Of a stretch of DNA of 64,000 bases, positions 39,106-49,340 are shown piece after piece. The stretch lies in the NCBI GenBank assembly GCA_944388935.1, contig CALXKK010000005.1, positions 6,383 to 70,382 of the forward strand, in the 5' to 3' direction. Made by a program: the position numbers and the translations under genes. The stretch's first letter is position 1; every line of letters starts with the position of its first letter. A model generated the notes under the pieces. That model searched no databases and had not been told where the DNA came from. It worked only from the letters and a program-made list of their open reading frames with translations. This DNA is from an uncultured Clostridia bacterium. Lineage in GTDB: Bacteria; Bacillota; Clostridia; TANB77; CAG-508.

Positions 39106-39585
39106 ATGAAACAATTAAGTTCAATTTTATCATTATTTTTTGCAGGATTATTCTGGGCGTTTAGAGTAGTACTTGCATATACAACAGCAACAGGAAAGGA
39201 TATGGGCTTTCCAATACAAGATTTTAATGTGGAAGTAATCTTATTATTTGTAGTTTTAATATTACTTGTATTTGTTTACAAAAGAAGTTTAATAGCAGGA
39301 GTAATTTATTTATTGGTATACGCAGGATATTTTGGACCACAATTATTCAATGCAATTATGACAGTTGCAAGTTCAGATGGAATGGCAGATATTTATACTT
39401 ATGACACAATAATAGCATCCACAATTGGTATAGCAGTTGCATTATTTGCATTCTTAAATATATTAGTAGATAAAAACAGAGCTGCTCATCCAACAGATAA
39501 GAAAACTGACTGGTTCTATAAAAATAAAGATTATGATAGAAAATTGGATGAAAGAGCAGATAAAAATAATTATAGAACATTGTAA
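39106..39585 (+). CDS. Hypothetical membrane protein (159 aa, 4 TM)
   Basis: AAGGAGG RBS. Hydrophobicity pattern. Confidence 0.5.
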   Translation: MKQLSSILSLFFAGLFWAFRVVLAYTTATGKDMGFPIQDFNVEVILLFVVLILLVFVYKRSLIAGVIYLLVYAGYFGPQLFNAIMTVASSDGMADIYTYDTIIASTIGIAVALFAFLNILVDKNRAAHPTDKKTDWFYKNKDYDRKLDERADKNNYRTL

Positions 39586-39680
39586 CAATAAAAAAGCAAG
39601 CTATGGGTTAAATAGCTTGCTTTTTTGCTAAAAATTGTATATAATAATGTAGTTAAAATAATTATGTAAAGAAGGTGAAG

Positions 39681-40571
39681 ATGATGAATATAAATTGGTA
39701 CCCAGGTCATATGGCAAAAACTAAAAGACAAATACAAGAAGACTTAAAATTAATAGATGTAGTAGTGGAATTGTTAGATAGTAGAATACCTATATCTAGT
39801 AGAAATCCAGATATAAACACAATAGTTGCAGGAAAGAAAAAAATTGTTATTTTAAATAAAAGCGATTTAGCAGATGAAAAAGAAACATTAAAATGGGCAG
39901 AACATTTTAAATCTCAAAATATTCCGGCAATAATAACAGATGCAAATACTGGAAAAGGTATTAAAGATGTAATAAAAGAAGCAGAAACAATCATGAAAGA
40001 TGAGTTAGACAAAAGAGAAGAAAAAGGTAGAACTGGCAGAAAAATTAGAATGATGATACTAGGAATACCAAATGTAGGAAAATCATCTTTTATAAATAGA
40101 TTAGCAAATAAGAATTCATTAGAGGTAGGAAACAAACCGGGTGTTACAAGAAAAAAACAATGGATACGAATAAATAATAATATAGAATTATTAGATACAC
40201 CGGGAGTTTTATGGCCAAAATTCGAAAGTGATGAGGTAGCACTTAATTTGGCATATACAGGAACAATAAAAGACGATGTATTAGAAAAGACAGATGTTGC
40301 ATTTTATTTTCTAAAATATATGATAGAAAATGAAATAGATAAACTATGTAATAGATATAACTTAAAGAAAGAAGAAATTCTAGAGAAATTAAAAAATCAA
40401 GATAGACCAGAAAATGAAATAATATACGATATAATGCTAACAATAGGAAAATCCAGAGGAGCAGTTGTATCTGGCGGAAATGTTGATGATACAAAAACTG
40501 CAAATATAATCTTAGAAGATTTTAGAAGTGGAAAATTAGGAAGAATAACATTGGAAAAGGTAGGAAAATAA
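39681..40571 (+). CDS. rbgA: Ribosome biogenesis GTPase A (YlqF/RbgA)
   Basis: NWYPGHMAK N-terminus. Circularly permuted GTPase motifs NKSDL, GIPNVGKSS and DTPG. Confidence 0.9.
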   Translation: MMNINWYPGHMAKTKRQIQEDLKLIDVVVELLDSRIPISSRNPDINTIVAGKKKIVILNKSDLADEKETLKWAEHFKSQNIPAIITDANTGKGIKDVIKEAETIMKDELDKREEKGRTGRKIRMMILGIPNVGKSSFINRLANKNSLEVGNKPGVTRKKQWIRINNNIELLDTPGVLWPKFESDEVALNLAYTGTIKDDVLEKTDVAFYFLKYMIENEIDKLCNRYNLKKEEILEKLKNQDRPENEIIYDIMLTIGKSRGAVVSGGNVDDTKTANIILEDFRSGKLGRITLEKVGK

Positions 40572-40982
40572 ATGGAAGGTATTGCAGAATCAAATAGAAC
40601 TCCTGAAGAAGTAAATTTATTAAATCCTTTAGTATGGGCGTATGTTGGTGATAGTGTTTATGAATTATTTATAAGGACATATTTAGTAAATAATTCTAAT
40701 GCAAAAGTTCATGAATTACATATGAAAGCAATTAAATATGTAAAAGCTGCAGGACAAGCTAAAATATTAAAGGGAATAGAAGAAGAGCTAACAGAAGAAG
40801 AAAAGAATATTGTAAGAAGAGCGAGAAATACACAAAATCACCATATAGCCAAAAATGCTACACAAGCAGAATATGCATATGCAACTGCATTTGAAGGTCT
40901 TATTGGATACTTATATTTAACTAAACAAGACGAAAGATTAAAATATATATTAAATAGATCACTAGAGGAAGGAAATAAGTAA
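40572..40982 (+). CDS. mrnC: Mini-ribonuclease 3 (Mini-III, 23S rRNA maturation)
   Basis: Signature LVWAYVGDSVYE. 136 aa. Confidence 0.85.
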   Translation: MEGIAESNRTPEEVNLLNPLVWAYVGDSVYELFIRTYLVNNSNAKVHELHMKAIKYVKAAGQAKILKGIEEELTEEEKNIVRRARNTQNHHIAKNATQAEYAYATAFEGLIGYLYLTKQDERLKYILNRSLEEGNK

Positions 40983-40983
40983 T

Positions 40984-42084
40984 ATGGATCAAGAAAAGAA
41001 AAAGTACTACTCTAAAATATTGTTTAAAACAGTAATATTAGTATTTATATTAGTTCTATTGTTTCTTGCATATAAGCTTGCGATTTTCTATGTTCCTTTT
41101 ATAATTGCATTTTTAATAGCAACAATGATAGAACCATTAATAAAATTTTTTATGAATAAATGTAAATTTAAAAGGAAGCCATCAGCTGCTATTTCGTTAA
41201 TATTAGTTGTACTTATAATAGGTTCATTACTTGCAATTTTAATTTCTGCAATAATTTCTGAGGCAAAAGTATTACTAATGAATTTAAATTCTTCAATGGA
41301 TGATGTATATAATTGGGGATTAGGAATTATAGAAAACTTTTCTAGTGGAACATTAGTTATTCCGCAAGATTGGATTTCAGCTGTTCAAGATTCGTTAAGT
41401 AGTATAGTAGAAGTTGTAAAAAATATAGTATATGGTTTTGCAACAGGAGTAATCAATTTTGCAAGTCAGGTACCTGGATTTATTACATATACAATTATAA
41501 CAATTTTAGCAATAATATTTATGTGTTTTGATAGGGATTATGTAAAAAATTTATTAAGAAAACAAATACCAAAGAAATGGTTAGAAAAGGGAAAAGAGAT
41601 AACTACAAAATCATTAAGTATTATTTGGAATTACATAAAAGCAGAAGCAAAACTTTCTTTGTTATGTTTTATATTTGTAACAATTGGATTAATAATATTT
41701 AATTTATGTGGATTAAATATAGAATATGTTGCAATTATGGCGATTTTAATAGGATTTGTAGATTTATTACCATTGTTTGGTGCAGGTTTTATAATGGTCC
41801 CATGGGCAATTGTGTTATTAATTCAAGGTAATAGCACAGCAGGTATTGCAATATTTGTTCTATGGCTTGCATGGTCTATTATTAAACAATTTATAGAACC
41901 AAAATTTGTAAGCAAACAAATGGGAATGCATCCAATATTTACACTATTAGGAATGTATACAGGATTTAAATTATTTGGAGTAATTGGTTTATTGTTAGGA
42001 CCAATAATATTCTTAGTTATAAGAGAAGTGTTCTCTAGCAACATTAATAAAGGAGTATTAAAAGACTTCTTCGAATTGGAGTAA
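40984..42084 (+). CDS. AI-2E family transporter (PerM/YtvI-like permease)
   Basis: Eight TM helices with the conserved LLPLFGAGFIMVPWAIVLL region. Confidence 0.8.
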   Translation: MDQEKKKYYSKILFKTVILVFILVLLFLAYKLAIFYVPFIIAFLIATMIEPLIKFFMNKCKFKRKPSAAISLILVVLIIGSLLAILISAIISEAKVLLMNLNSSMDDVYNWGLGIIENFSSGTLVIPQDWISAVQDSLSSIVEVVKNIVYGFATGVINFASQVPGFITYTIITILAIIFMCFDRDYVKNLLRKQIPKKWLEKGKEITTKSLSIIWNYIKAEAKLSLLCFIFVTIGLIIFNLCGLNIEYVAIMAILIGFVDLLPLFGAGFIMVPWAIVLLIQGNSTAGIAIFVLWLAWSIIKQFIEPKFVSKQMGMHPIFTLLGMYTGFKLFGVIGLLLGPIIFLVIREVFSSNINKGVLKDFFELE

Positions 42085-42087
42085 CAA

Positions 42088-42777
42088 ATGGATAATATAG
42101 AAATTAGAAATAAATTAGAAGAATTAAGTGATGAAAAATATAAAGATTTTCAATCTGGGCTATGTCCTGGAATAGATATGAAAATAATGGGAGTAAGAAT
42201 TCCTAAAGTAAGAAAATTAGCAAAGGACATAGTAAAAGATAACCCAGAAGAATATTTAAAAAATCCAAATGAAGAATATATGGAAGAATTAATGTTACAA
42301 GGTTTTGTAATTGCAAATTCAAAAATAGATTTAGAAAAAAAGAAAGAATATATAATTAATTTTGTGCCAAAAATTAATTCGTGGGCAGTATGTGATACTT
42401 TTTGTGCTAGCCTAAAGGATGCAGAAAAAAATCCAGAATTTTTCTGGAAAATTATAAGCCAATATTTTAAATCAAAAAAAGAATATGAGATAAGATTTGC
42501 AGTTGTAATGTTATTAGACCATTATGTAAAAGAGGAGTATATAGATAAAATATTTAAAGTGATAGACAATATAACAAATGAAGAATATTATGTGGAAATG
42601 GGAGTAGCATGGCTTGTAGCAGAAATGTATATAAAATTTCCAAAACAAACGATGAAATATTTAAAAAATAATAAATTAAATAAATTTACATTTAATAAAG
42701 CATTGCAAAAGATAAGAGAATCATATAGAGTAAGTAAAGAAGAAAAAGAAATATTAAATAAAATGAAGAGAAAATAA
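42088..42777 (+). CDS. DNA alkylation repair enzyme family (AlkD-like HEAT repeats)
   Basis: About 229 aa. AlkD-like WAVCDTF and WLVAEMY helices. Confidence 0.65.
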   Translation: MDNIEIRNKLEELSDEKYKDFQSGLCPGIDMKIMGVRIPKVRKLAKDIVKDNPEEYLKNPNEEYMEELMLQGFVIANSKIDLEKKKEYIINFVPKINSWAVCDTFCASLKDAEKNPEFFWKIISQYFKSKKEYEIRFAVVMLLDHYVKEEYIDKIFKVIDNITNEEYYVEMGVAWLVAEMYIKFPKQTMKYLKNNKLNKFTFNKALQKIRESYRVSKEEKEILNKMKRK

Positions 42778-42791
42778 TGGAGGAATTAAAA

Positions 42792-44039
42792 ATGAAAAAG
42801 CCAGAATTATTAGCACCAGCAGGTTCATACGAAAAGGCAAAAACAGCATTTAGATATGGAGCAGATGCTGTATATTGTGGTACATCTGCTCTTTCTTTAA
42901 GAACAAGAGCAGAAATGAATGATGAAGCATTAGCGAAAACTATTGAGTATGCCCATAGTCTAGGAAAAAGGGTCCATGTTGCACTTAATATATTTGCATG
43001 GGATACAAATTATGATGAAATAAAAAAACAAGCAAAAATGTTACAGGACATGAAAGCAGATGGTATCATTGTTGCAGATGGTGGAGTTGTAGAAACTGTA
43101 AAAAAATATGCACCAAATGTGGATATACATATTAGTACTCAAGCAAATGTAGTAAGCTTAGAAACAGCTAAATTTTGGTATAAAAATGGTGCAAAAAGAG
43201 TAATTTTAGCAAGAGAATTAAATAAAGAACAAATAAAATATATAATTCAAAATAAACCACAGGATTTAGAAGTAGAAATGTTTGCACATGGTGCAATATG
43301 TTTTGGATATTCTGGAAGATGTTTCTTAAGTGATTTTCTAGCTTGTAGAAGTGCAAATCTAGGTGATTGTGCACAGAGTTGTAGATGGGCATATAATTTA
43401 TATGCAGAAGAGACTAACAATCCTGGAAACTTAATGCCAATAGAAACAGATGACAAGGGAACATATATCTTTTCATCTAAAGATTTATGCTTAATACACG
43501 AAATTCCAGAAATAGTTCAAATGGGTGTGGATAGCCTAAAGATTGAAGGAAGATTAAAAACAGAATATTATTTGGCTACAGTAATAAATACATATAGAAC
43601 TGCAATAGATGATTACATAAAAGACCCTGAAAATTATAATGCAGAAAAATATATGGAAGAATTAGAAAAAACAAAAACAAGAGGTTTAACAACATTTTAT
43701 TTTAATGATAGAAACAATAGAGATTTCCAAGAATATGAAGGAAAACAATATAATCCAAATTTTGAGTTTGGAGGAAAAGTAGCAGAAACAGTGGATGGAA
43801 AAACAACTGTAGAAATTAAAAATAAATTATCTGTTGGTGACGAAATGGAAATTATAATTCCAGGAAAAATAGAAGTAGTAAAATTTACTATAGATAAGTT
43901 ATGGGATTATGATACAGATGAAGAGATTGAAACAGTTAACCCGGGAGTAAAAGACCAAAAGGTAAAAATGACTTTACCAATAAAAGTAGAAACAGGATGG
44001 GTATTAAGAAGAAAAAAGAACATTAACAGAACCAGATAA
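42792..44039 (+). CDS. Peptidase U32 family protein (collagenase-like)
   Basis: MKKPELLAPAGSYEKAKTAFRYGADAVYCG. C-terminal Cys cluster. GGAGG RBS before ATG 42792. Confidence 0.85.
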   Translation: MKKPELLAPAGSYEKAKTAFRYGADAVYCGTSALSLRTRAEMNDEALAKTIEYAHSLGKRVHVALNIFAWDTNYDEIKKQAKMLQDMKADGIIVADGGVVETVKKYAPNVDIHISTQANVVSLETAKFWYKNGAKRVILARELNKEQIKYIIQNKPQDLEVEMFAHGAICFGYSGRCFLSDFLACRSANLGDCAQSCRWAYNLYAEETNNPGNLMPIETDDKGTYIFSSKDLCLIHEIPEIVQMGVDSLKIEGRLKTEYYLATVINTYRTAIDDYIKDPENYNAEKYMEELEKTKTRGLTTFYFNDRNNRDFQEYEGKQYNPNFEFGGKVAETVDGKTTVEIKNKLSVGDEMEIIIPGKIEVVKFTIDKLWDYDTDEEIETVNPGVKDQKVKMTLPIKVETGWVLRRKKNINRTR

Positions 44040-44070
44040 ACAGTCATCAGCTGATGATGAAGCTAGATAA

Positions 44071-44100
44071 AATAACCATATCTTTAAAGGTATGGTTATT
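44071..44100. terminator. Bidirectional terminator hairpin between convergent genes
   Basis: AATAACCATA-tctttaaagg-TATGGTTATT followed by TTTT. Confidence 0.6.
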
Positions 44101-44902
44101 TTTCTGTAAAACGTGTTGAAATAAAAAATCCTATTATACAAAATAATATAGAAAGTATGCCTGTCAAATTAAATCCAATTTTAGGAATTAGTATAAATAT
44201 TGAGCCAATTACAAATCCTAAAATAGAATAATAGGTTTGAGAATGATATTTATTAAGTAAAAATTGTATTAATTTCATACATAAAAATCCACCAATTATT
44301 AAACCAATGCCCATTGGTAATAATATCCTAAAATTCACAATTGAAACTGCATACAAATAGGTTTCATAAACACCCAGCAACATTAAAATAATTGTGCTAC
44401 TAACTCCAGGTATAACAATACCTGCACTCATTAAAAATCCGGCTAGCAATAAAAATTCAAAACTAAAATTATCTCCATAATAAATACCAATATTATTTGA
44501 TACATGATTTTCTAATAATATTAATAGTATTGCAATAATAAAAGATATTATAAAATAAAACAAATAGTTTAATTTAAATTTTTCTTTTGAATTGCAAATC
44601 TTAAAAATTGAAGGTATGCATCCTAGAATTAATCCTATAAATGTAAAAGATGTAATTTCTGGATATCTTTCGAAGAAAAAGAGAATAATATTGCTAAAGA
44701 GAATTATTCCAGTAAGTCCACCTAAAATAAAAGGTGTAAGAAATTTTAAATTTTTCTTCCAATCCTTAAAAAAATTTAATATACTATTTAATAGAGTTTC
44801 GTAAATACCAAAGATAACACATAAAACTCCACTACTTATTCCAGGGATTATCGCACCTGCACCAATTAATATACCTTTAATATAATCAGAAAGAAATTTC
44901 AT
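44096..44902 (-). CDS. DUF368 family membrane protein (undecaprenyl-phosphate translocase family)
   Basis: MKFLSDYIKGILIGAGAIIPGISSGVLCVIFGIYE plus a second IPGVSSTIILMLLGVYE repeat, characteristic of DUF368. Confidence 0.75.
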   Translation of the reverse strand: MKFLSDYIKGILIGAGAIIPGISSGVLCVIFGIYETLLNSILNFFKDWKKNLKFLTPFILGGLTGIILFSNIILFFFERYPEITSFTFIGLILGCIPSIFKICNSKEKFKLNYLFYFIISFIIAILLILLENHVSNNIGIYYGDNFSFEFLLLAGFLMSAGIVIPGVSSTIILMLLGVYETYLYAVSIVNFRILLPMGIGLIIGGFLCMKLIQFLLNKYHSQTYYSILGFVIGSIFILIPKIGFNLTGILSILFCIIGFFISTRFTEK

Positions 44903-44945
44903 AAAACACCTCTATGTTATATGTATATGGAAGGAAGTTATAAAT

Positions 44946-45392
44946 ATGACAAATAAAGAAATTATAGAATCATATAAAAGTGAAAAAGAGAGTTTAAATT
45001 TAATTTTAGATGAACTTCAAGAGATAAATGGATTTATTTCTAAAAATGATATTATGGAAATATCAAATTATTTAGGAATTTCAGAAAAGGAAATAATGAT
45101 ACTTCTAAAATATAAAAAGAATATAAAATTAGAAAAACAAGGGAAAAATATTGTAATTGTATGTAAAGGTCCAAATTGTTTAAAAAAAGGTTCATTAGAT
45201 ATAATTAAGGCTATAGAGAAAGAATTTAATGTAAAAGAAGGACATACTAGTCTTGACGGAAAAATAACATTGGAAACTAAAAATTGTTTTAAAAAATGTG
45301 CTTTTGCACCTAATGTAGAAGTAAATGGAAAATTATATAGCAATTGTACTAAAGATAATATTGTTAAAATTTTAAAAGATGTGATATATTAG
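44946..45392 (+). CDS. Thioredoxin-like [2Fe-2S] ferredoxin (NuoE/HndA-like)
   Basis: CKGPNC ... CFKKC cysteine pattern in a NuoE-like fold. Confidence 0.65.
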   Translation: MTNKEIIESYKSEKESLNLILDELQEINGFISKNDIMEISNYLGISEKEIMILLKYKKNIKLEKQGKNIVIVCKGPNCLKKGSLDIIKAIEKEFNVKEGHTSLDGKITLETKNCFKKCAFAPNVEVNGKLYSNCTKDNIVKILKDVIY

Positions 45393-45422
45393 ATAAGAAA
45401 AAATAAGAAAGAAGGTAATATT

Positions 45423-45986
45423 ATGAAAAAAGTTGCTGTTATGATTGCAGATGGAAGTGAAGAAATAGAAGCTCTTACTGTAGTTGATGTAATGAGAAGA
45501 GCAAATATACATTGTGATATTGTAAGTGTTAATGGCAGAGAAATTACAAGTTCTCATAATGTAGAAATTCTTGCTGATAAAGTAATTGATGAAAGCATAA
45601 AGGATTATGATATGATTGTATTACCAGGTGGATTACCAGGAGCATACAATTTAGCAGAAAATAAATTATTAATAGAAACTTTACAAGAATTTAGTAAAGA
45701 TAGTCATAAATATATTGGTGCAATTTGTGCATCACCAGCAATTGTATTATCTAAAGCAAACATAGAAGAGGGAAAGCTAATTACTTCTTATCCAGGAAAA
45801 GGTTTTGAAGATTTACTAAAAAAAGCAGATTATTCTGAAAATTTAGTAGAAGTTGATGGAAATTTAATAACTAGTAGAGGACCAGCAACAGCAATGTTAT
45901 TTGCATTTAAATTATTAGAAGTTTTAGGACATAATCCAAAGGATGTTAGTGATGGAATGCTTTGGAATTTATTGGAGGAAAAATAA
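45423..45986 (+). CDS. DJ-1/PfpI family protein (YajL/ThiJ-like)
   Basis: Nucleophile elbow AICASP. 187 aa. Confidence 0.85.
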   Translation: MKKVAVMIADGSEEIEALTVVDVMRRANIHCDIVSVNGREITSSHNVEILADKVIDESIKDYDMIVLPGGLPGAYNLAENKLLIETLQEFSKDSHKYIGAICASPAIVLSKANIEEGKLITSYPGKGFEDLLKKADYSENLVEVDGNLITSRGPATAMLFAFKLLEVLGHNPKDVSDGMLWNLLEEK

Positions 45987-46403
45987 ATGGAATTTGAAAG
46001 AGGAATAAATTACTACGAATTAGATGGAATGAATGTTGTACATCATTCAAATTATATTAGATATATGGAAGAGGCAAGAATTTATTTATTAGATAAAATA
46101 GGTTTACCATATAAAAAAATAGATGATAATGGAATAATGATTCCTGTTCTAGAAGTACATTATAAATATAAATATCCTGCAAGGTTTGGAGATACAATAT
46201 CTATAAAAGTAGAGATAGCAGAATTTGATGGAATAAAAATGAAAATTAAATATGAGATTAAGAATAAGGAAAATGGAAAATTATTGGGAACAGGAGAAAC
46301 GAAGCATTGTTTCACAAACTCTAACATGAGGCCAATATCTTTAAAAAAAGTTAATAAAGAATTTTATGATGTATTCGAAAAAGCTACGAATAAAAAGGAC
46401 TAG
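45987..46403 (+). CDS. Acyl-CoA thioesterase, hotdog fold (YbgC/4HBT family)
   Basis: Conserved VVHHSNYIRYMEEAR region. 138 aa. Confidence 0.8.
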   Translation: MEFERGINYYELDGMNVVHHSNYIRYMEEARIYLLDKIGLPYKKIDDNGIMIPVLEVHYKYKYPARFGDTISIKVEIAEFDGIKMKIKYEIKNKENGKLLGTGETKHCFTNSNMRPISLKKVNKEFYDVFEKATNKKD

Positions 46404-46404
46404 T

Positions 46405-47110
46405 CTAGTCCTTTTTTAGTTTTGATTCTAATTTTTTTATTGCTTTGGTTTCAATTCTTGACACATACGATCTTGATATTCCAAGGTCTTTTGCAATTTC
46501 ATTTTGAGTTTCTGGTTTATGTCCGTTTAAGCCAAATCTTCTTATTATAATTTCTTTTTCACGTTCTTTTAATATTTTGTCAATGTTTGCATAAAGTTTT
46601 TCTTTTTTTAAACCTAAATCTACTTCATCTTCGATGCTTCTAATATCTGCTTCTAAAACTTCTTGAAGAGTTACAACATTATCATCTTTATCTTTTCCGA
46701 ATAGGATCATTTAGTTTTACTTCAGATTGTAATTTTTTTGAAGAACGTAAAAACATCAATATTTCATTATCTATACATTTGGCTATATATGTAGAAAGTT
46801 TAACACCTTTGTCAGGATTAAAACTATTGATACCTTTTATAAGGCCAATAGTACCAATAGAAATTAAATCATCTTGTTCAATATTTGATGTGGAATATTT
46901 TTTTGCGACATGAGCAACTAGTCGCAGGTTTTTTTCTATTAAAATATTTCTGGCTTCTTTATCACCAGACTTAAATTTATTTAAATAATATGATTCGTCT
47001 GAAGGTGAAAGAGGTTCTGGAAATAAACTAGAACTTTGAATATATCCAACGACAAAAACTGCTGAACCTAAAAAAGAAATAAATCCAGCCAACGAAATAG
47101 TAGAGAACAT
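46405..47110 (-). pseudogene. sigK: RNA polymerase sporulation sigma factor pro-sigma-K, interrupted by a +1 frameshift at about 46697-46700
   Basis: The N-terminal ORF (46688-47110) encodes the pro-sequence plus regions 2-3 and ends ...VKLNDPIRKR*. The C-terminal ORF (46405-46710, different frame) continues ILFGKDKDDNVVTLQEVLE...GISRSYVSRIE. Deleting one C in ATTCGGAAAAG restores DPIGKDKDDN, matching the B. subtilis SigK sequence DPIGQDKEGNE. Confidence 0.75.
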
Positions 47111-47399
47111 ACATATACCTCCCTAAATAACACTCTATGAAAAGTATATGTAAAAAGGGGCTTTTCTGTGCCTGGACCATTGAAATTTAAATATTTACAC
47201 ATAATTACTATAATTTTATCATAAAATTTAAATAATTACAAATAATAAAGTTATATAAACGAATTTAAATAAATAGCATATAATTAAGTATGAACGAGAT
47301 AAACTTAAAAAAACACAAAAAATGCACAAAATTGATATTGAAATAAAATTAATTATGTGTTAATATACTTATAAATTAAATAAACGACAAACAAAAACT

Positions 47400-47600
47400 T
47401 CCCTGCATAGTGCGTGTAGACTGGAATTTTAGAACCAACAAATTTTAAAAGGGAGTCCGCCTTTAGGTGTGGCGTGCAAGCTTACACTTTAATTAGTAGT
47501 AAGAAGCCCAGGAGCATTTAACAAGACACCCACCTACGCGAGTAGGCTCTTAAAATTTCTAAACATCTTACGGCTAAGGCGGGGTAAGTTTTTTTATATG
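47400..47600 (+). ncRNA. Candidate structured non-coding RNA (GC-rich, about 45-50% GC against 28% background), family unassigned
   Basis: Local GC spike. GNRA hairpin CCTAC-GCGA-GTAGG. Long-range complement CCGCCTT (47463) / AAGGCGG (47582). Ends ...GGCGGGGTAAGTTTTTTT. No ORF with an RBS. Lies directly upstream of prmC. Confidence 0.3.
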
Positions 47601-47631
47601 TTTGTCCTTTTATATTTTGAAGGGATTAAAT

Positions 47632-48468
47632 ATGACAATAAATGAAATAATTAAGAAAGGAATATATGAGTTAAAAAAGGACGAAATAGAAGAGCCAGCT
47701 TTAAAAATTAGGATGTTAATATCCTCTATTTTAAATAAGCCGAAAGAATTTGTTATGGCTCATGGTGAATACATATTAAATGAAGAAGACGAAAAAGAAA
47801 TATTAAAAAAGATAGAAGAATTAAAAAATTATATTCCAATTCAATATGTAATTAAAAATCAAGAATTTATGAAACTAAATTTTTACGTTAATGAAAATGT
47901 ATTAATTCCAAGAAGTGATACAGAAATTTTAGTTGAAGAAATTATTAATACATTTAGGGATAGAAAAGTAAAAATATTAGATTTATGCACTGGAAGTGGC
48001 TGTATAGCTGTTTCTCTAAAAAAATATATGCCAAATGCTAAAGTTTATGGATCAGACATTAGCAAAGAAGCATTAGAAATTGCAAAAATAAATGCAAAGA
48101 ATAATAATACAGAAGTAAAATTTATCTCTTCAGATATATTTAATAATATAAACGATAAAGATTTTGATATAATAGTATCAAATCCACCATATATAAAAAC
48201 GCAAGTTATAAATACATTAGAAAAAGAAGTTCAAAAAGAACCTATACTAGCATTAGATGGTGGAAATGATGGGCTATTTTTCTATAAAAAAATAATTAAA
48301 GAAGCATATGAATATTTATCAAAAGATGGAATGTTATTTTTAGAAATAGGATATGACCAAAAACAAGAATTACTAGATATTATTAAAGATGATAATAGGT
48401 ATCAATTTATAGAATCAAAAAAAGACTTAGGAAATAATGATAGAATAATTGTTATAAGGAAGGGATAG
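47632..48468 (+). CDS. prmC: Release-factor glutamine N5-methyltransferase (HemK/PrmC)
   Basis: NPPY motif (VSNPPYI). SAM-binding motif LDLCTGSGCIAV. ATG 47632 with GAAGGGA RBS is preferred over the TTG 47602 ORF-track start. Confidence 0.85.
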   Translation: MTINEIIKKGIYELKKDEIEEPALKIRMLISSILNKPKEFVMAHGEYILNEEDEKEILKKIEELKNYIPIQYVIKNQEFMKLNFYVNENVLIPRSDTEILVEEIINTFRDRKVKILDLCTGSGCIAVSLKKYMPNAKVYGSDISKEALEIAKINAKNNNTEVKFISSDIFNNINDKDFDIIVSNPPYIKTQVINTLEKEVQKEPILALDGGNDGLFFYKKIIKEAYEYLSKDGMLFLEIGYDQKQELLDIIKDDNRYQFIESKKDLGNNDRIIVIRKG

Positions 48469-48469
48469 A

Positions 48470-49339
48470 ATGTCTTTTTCAGCGGAAATAAAAGAAGAAT
48501 TAAGTAAGATTAATAATTTGAAAGATAAACAAGCTGTGTATTACGAATTAGTAGGATACTTAATAACTAAAAATACAAAGGTTGATAAAAAAATAAAATT
48601 TTCTACAGAAAATGAATATAATATAAATCGATTTAATAAATTATTAAATAATATGAATATAAAATACAAAATAGAGATGCAAGGTAATTTGTATGTTATT
48701 ACTTTTAATAAAAACGAAGATTTAAAAGGATGCAGTATAGAGTATAATAATATTAAATTTAATCAAAAAGAAGTGTTAGAAGACAAAGATACAAAAGCAC
48801 TATTGCGTGGAGCTTTTATGGGTGCTGGATTTATGAGTGAACCTAAAAGTAAAAATCATTTAGAAATAAATTTTAGTAACTTAGAAAATCTTATGTTTAT
48901 AAAGGAATTATTAGAAAAGTATAACATTTTTCCAAAAATATTAAATAGAAATGGAAGAATTTCATTATACATAAAAGAAGGTGAAGATATTTCAAATTTT
49001 CTAGCATGTATTGGCGCAAGTGATGCAATGCTGAAATTTGAGGAAATAAGAGTTATTAAAGATGCCAGAAACAATGTAAATAGAATGGTTAATTGTGAGG
49101 TCGCTAATTTAAACAAAACTGTAAATGCAGCAACTAAACAAATAGAGGCAATAAAAAAGATTAAACAGCATAAAAAATTTACAAATTTATCAGAAGAATT
49201 AAAAGAAATTGCAAATTTAAGAATTCAAAACCCAGATGCAAGTTTAATAGAATTAGGAAATATGCTAAAGAAACCGGTTGGTAAATCCGGAGTAAATTAC
49301 AGATTGAATAAATTAATAGAAATAGCAAAGGAATTATAA
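48470..49339 (+). CDS. whiA: Sporulation/cell-division DNA-binding regulator WhiA
   Basis: MSFSAEIKEEL..., LRGAFMGAGF and VNRMVNCEVANLNKTVNAATKQIEAI closely parallel B. subtilis WhiA (YvcL). Confidence 0.85.
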   Translation: MSFSAEIKEELSKINNLKDKQAVYYELVGYLITKNTKVDKKIKFSTENEYNINRFNKLLNNMNIKYKIEMQGNLYVITFNKNEDLKGCSIEYNNIKFNQKEVLEDKDTKALLRGAFMGAGFMSEPKSKNHLEINFSNLENLMFIKELLEKYNIFPKILNRNGRISLYIKEGEDISNFLACIGASDAMLKFEEIRVIKDARNNVNRMVNCEVANLNKTVNAATKQIEAIKKIKQHKKFTNLSEELKEIANLRIQNPDASLIELGNMLKKPVGKSGVNYRLNKLIEIAKEL

Positions 49340-49340
49340 A

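Noticed and set aside
46690-46705. Programmed +1 ribosomal frameshift in sigK.
   Set aside because: The site (AUU CGG A) has no recognisable slippery or stop-codon context like prfB. A simple insertion mutation or sequencing error is more parsimonious.
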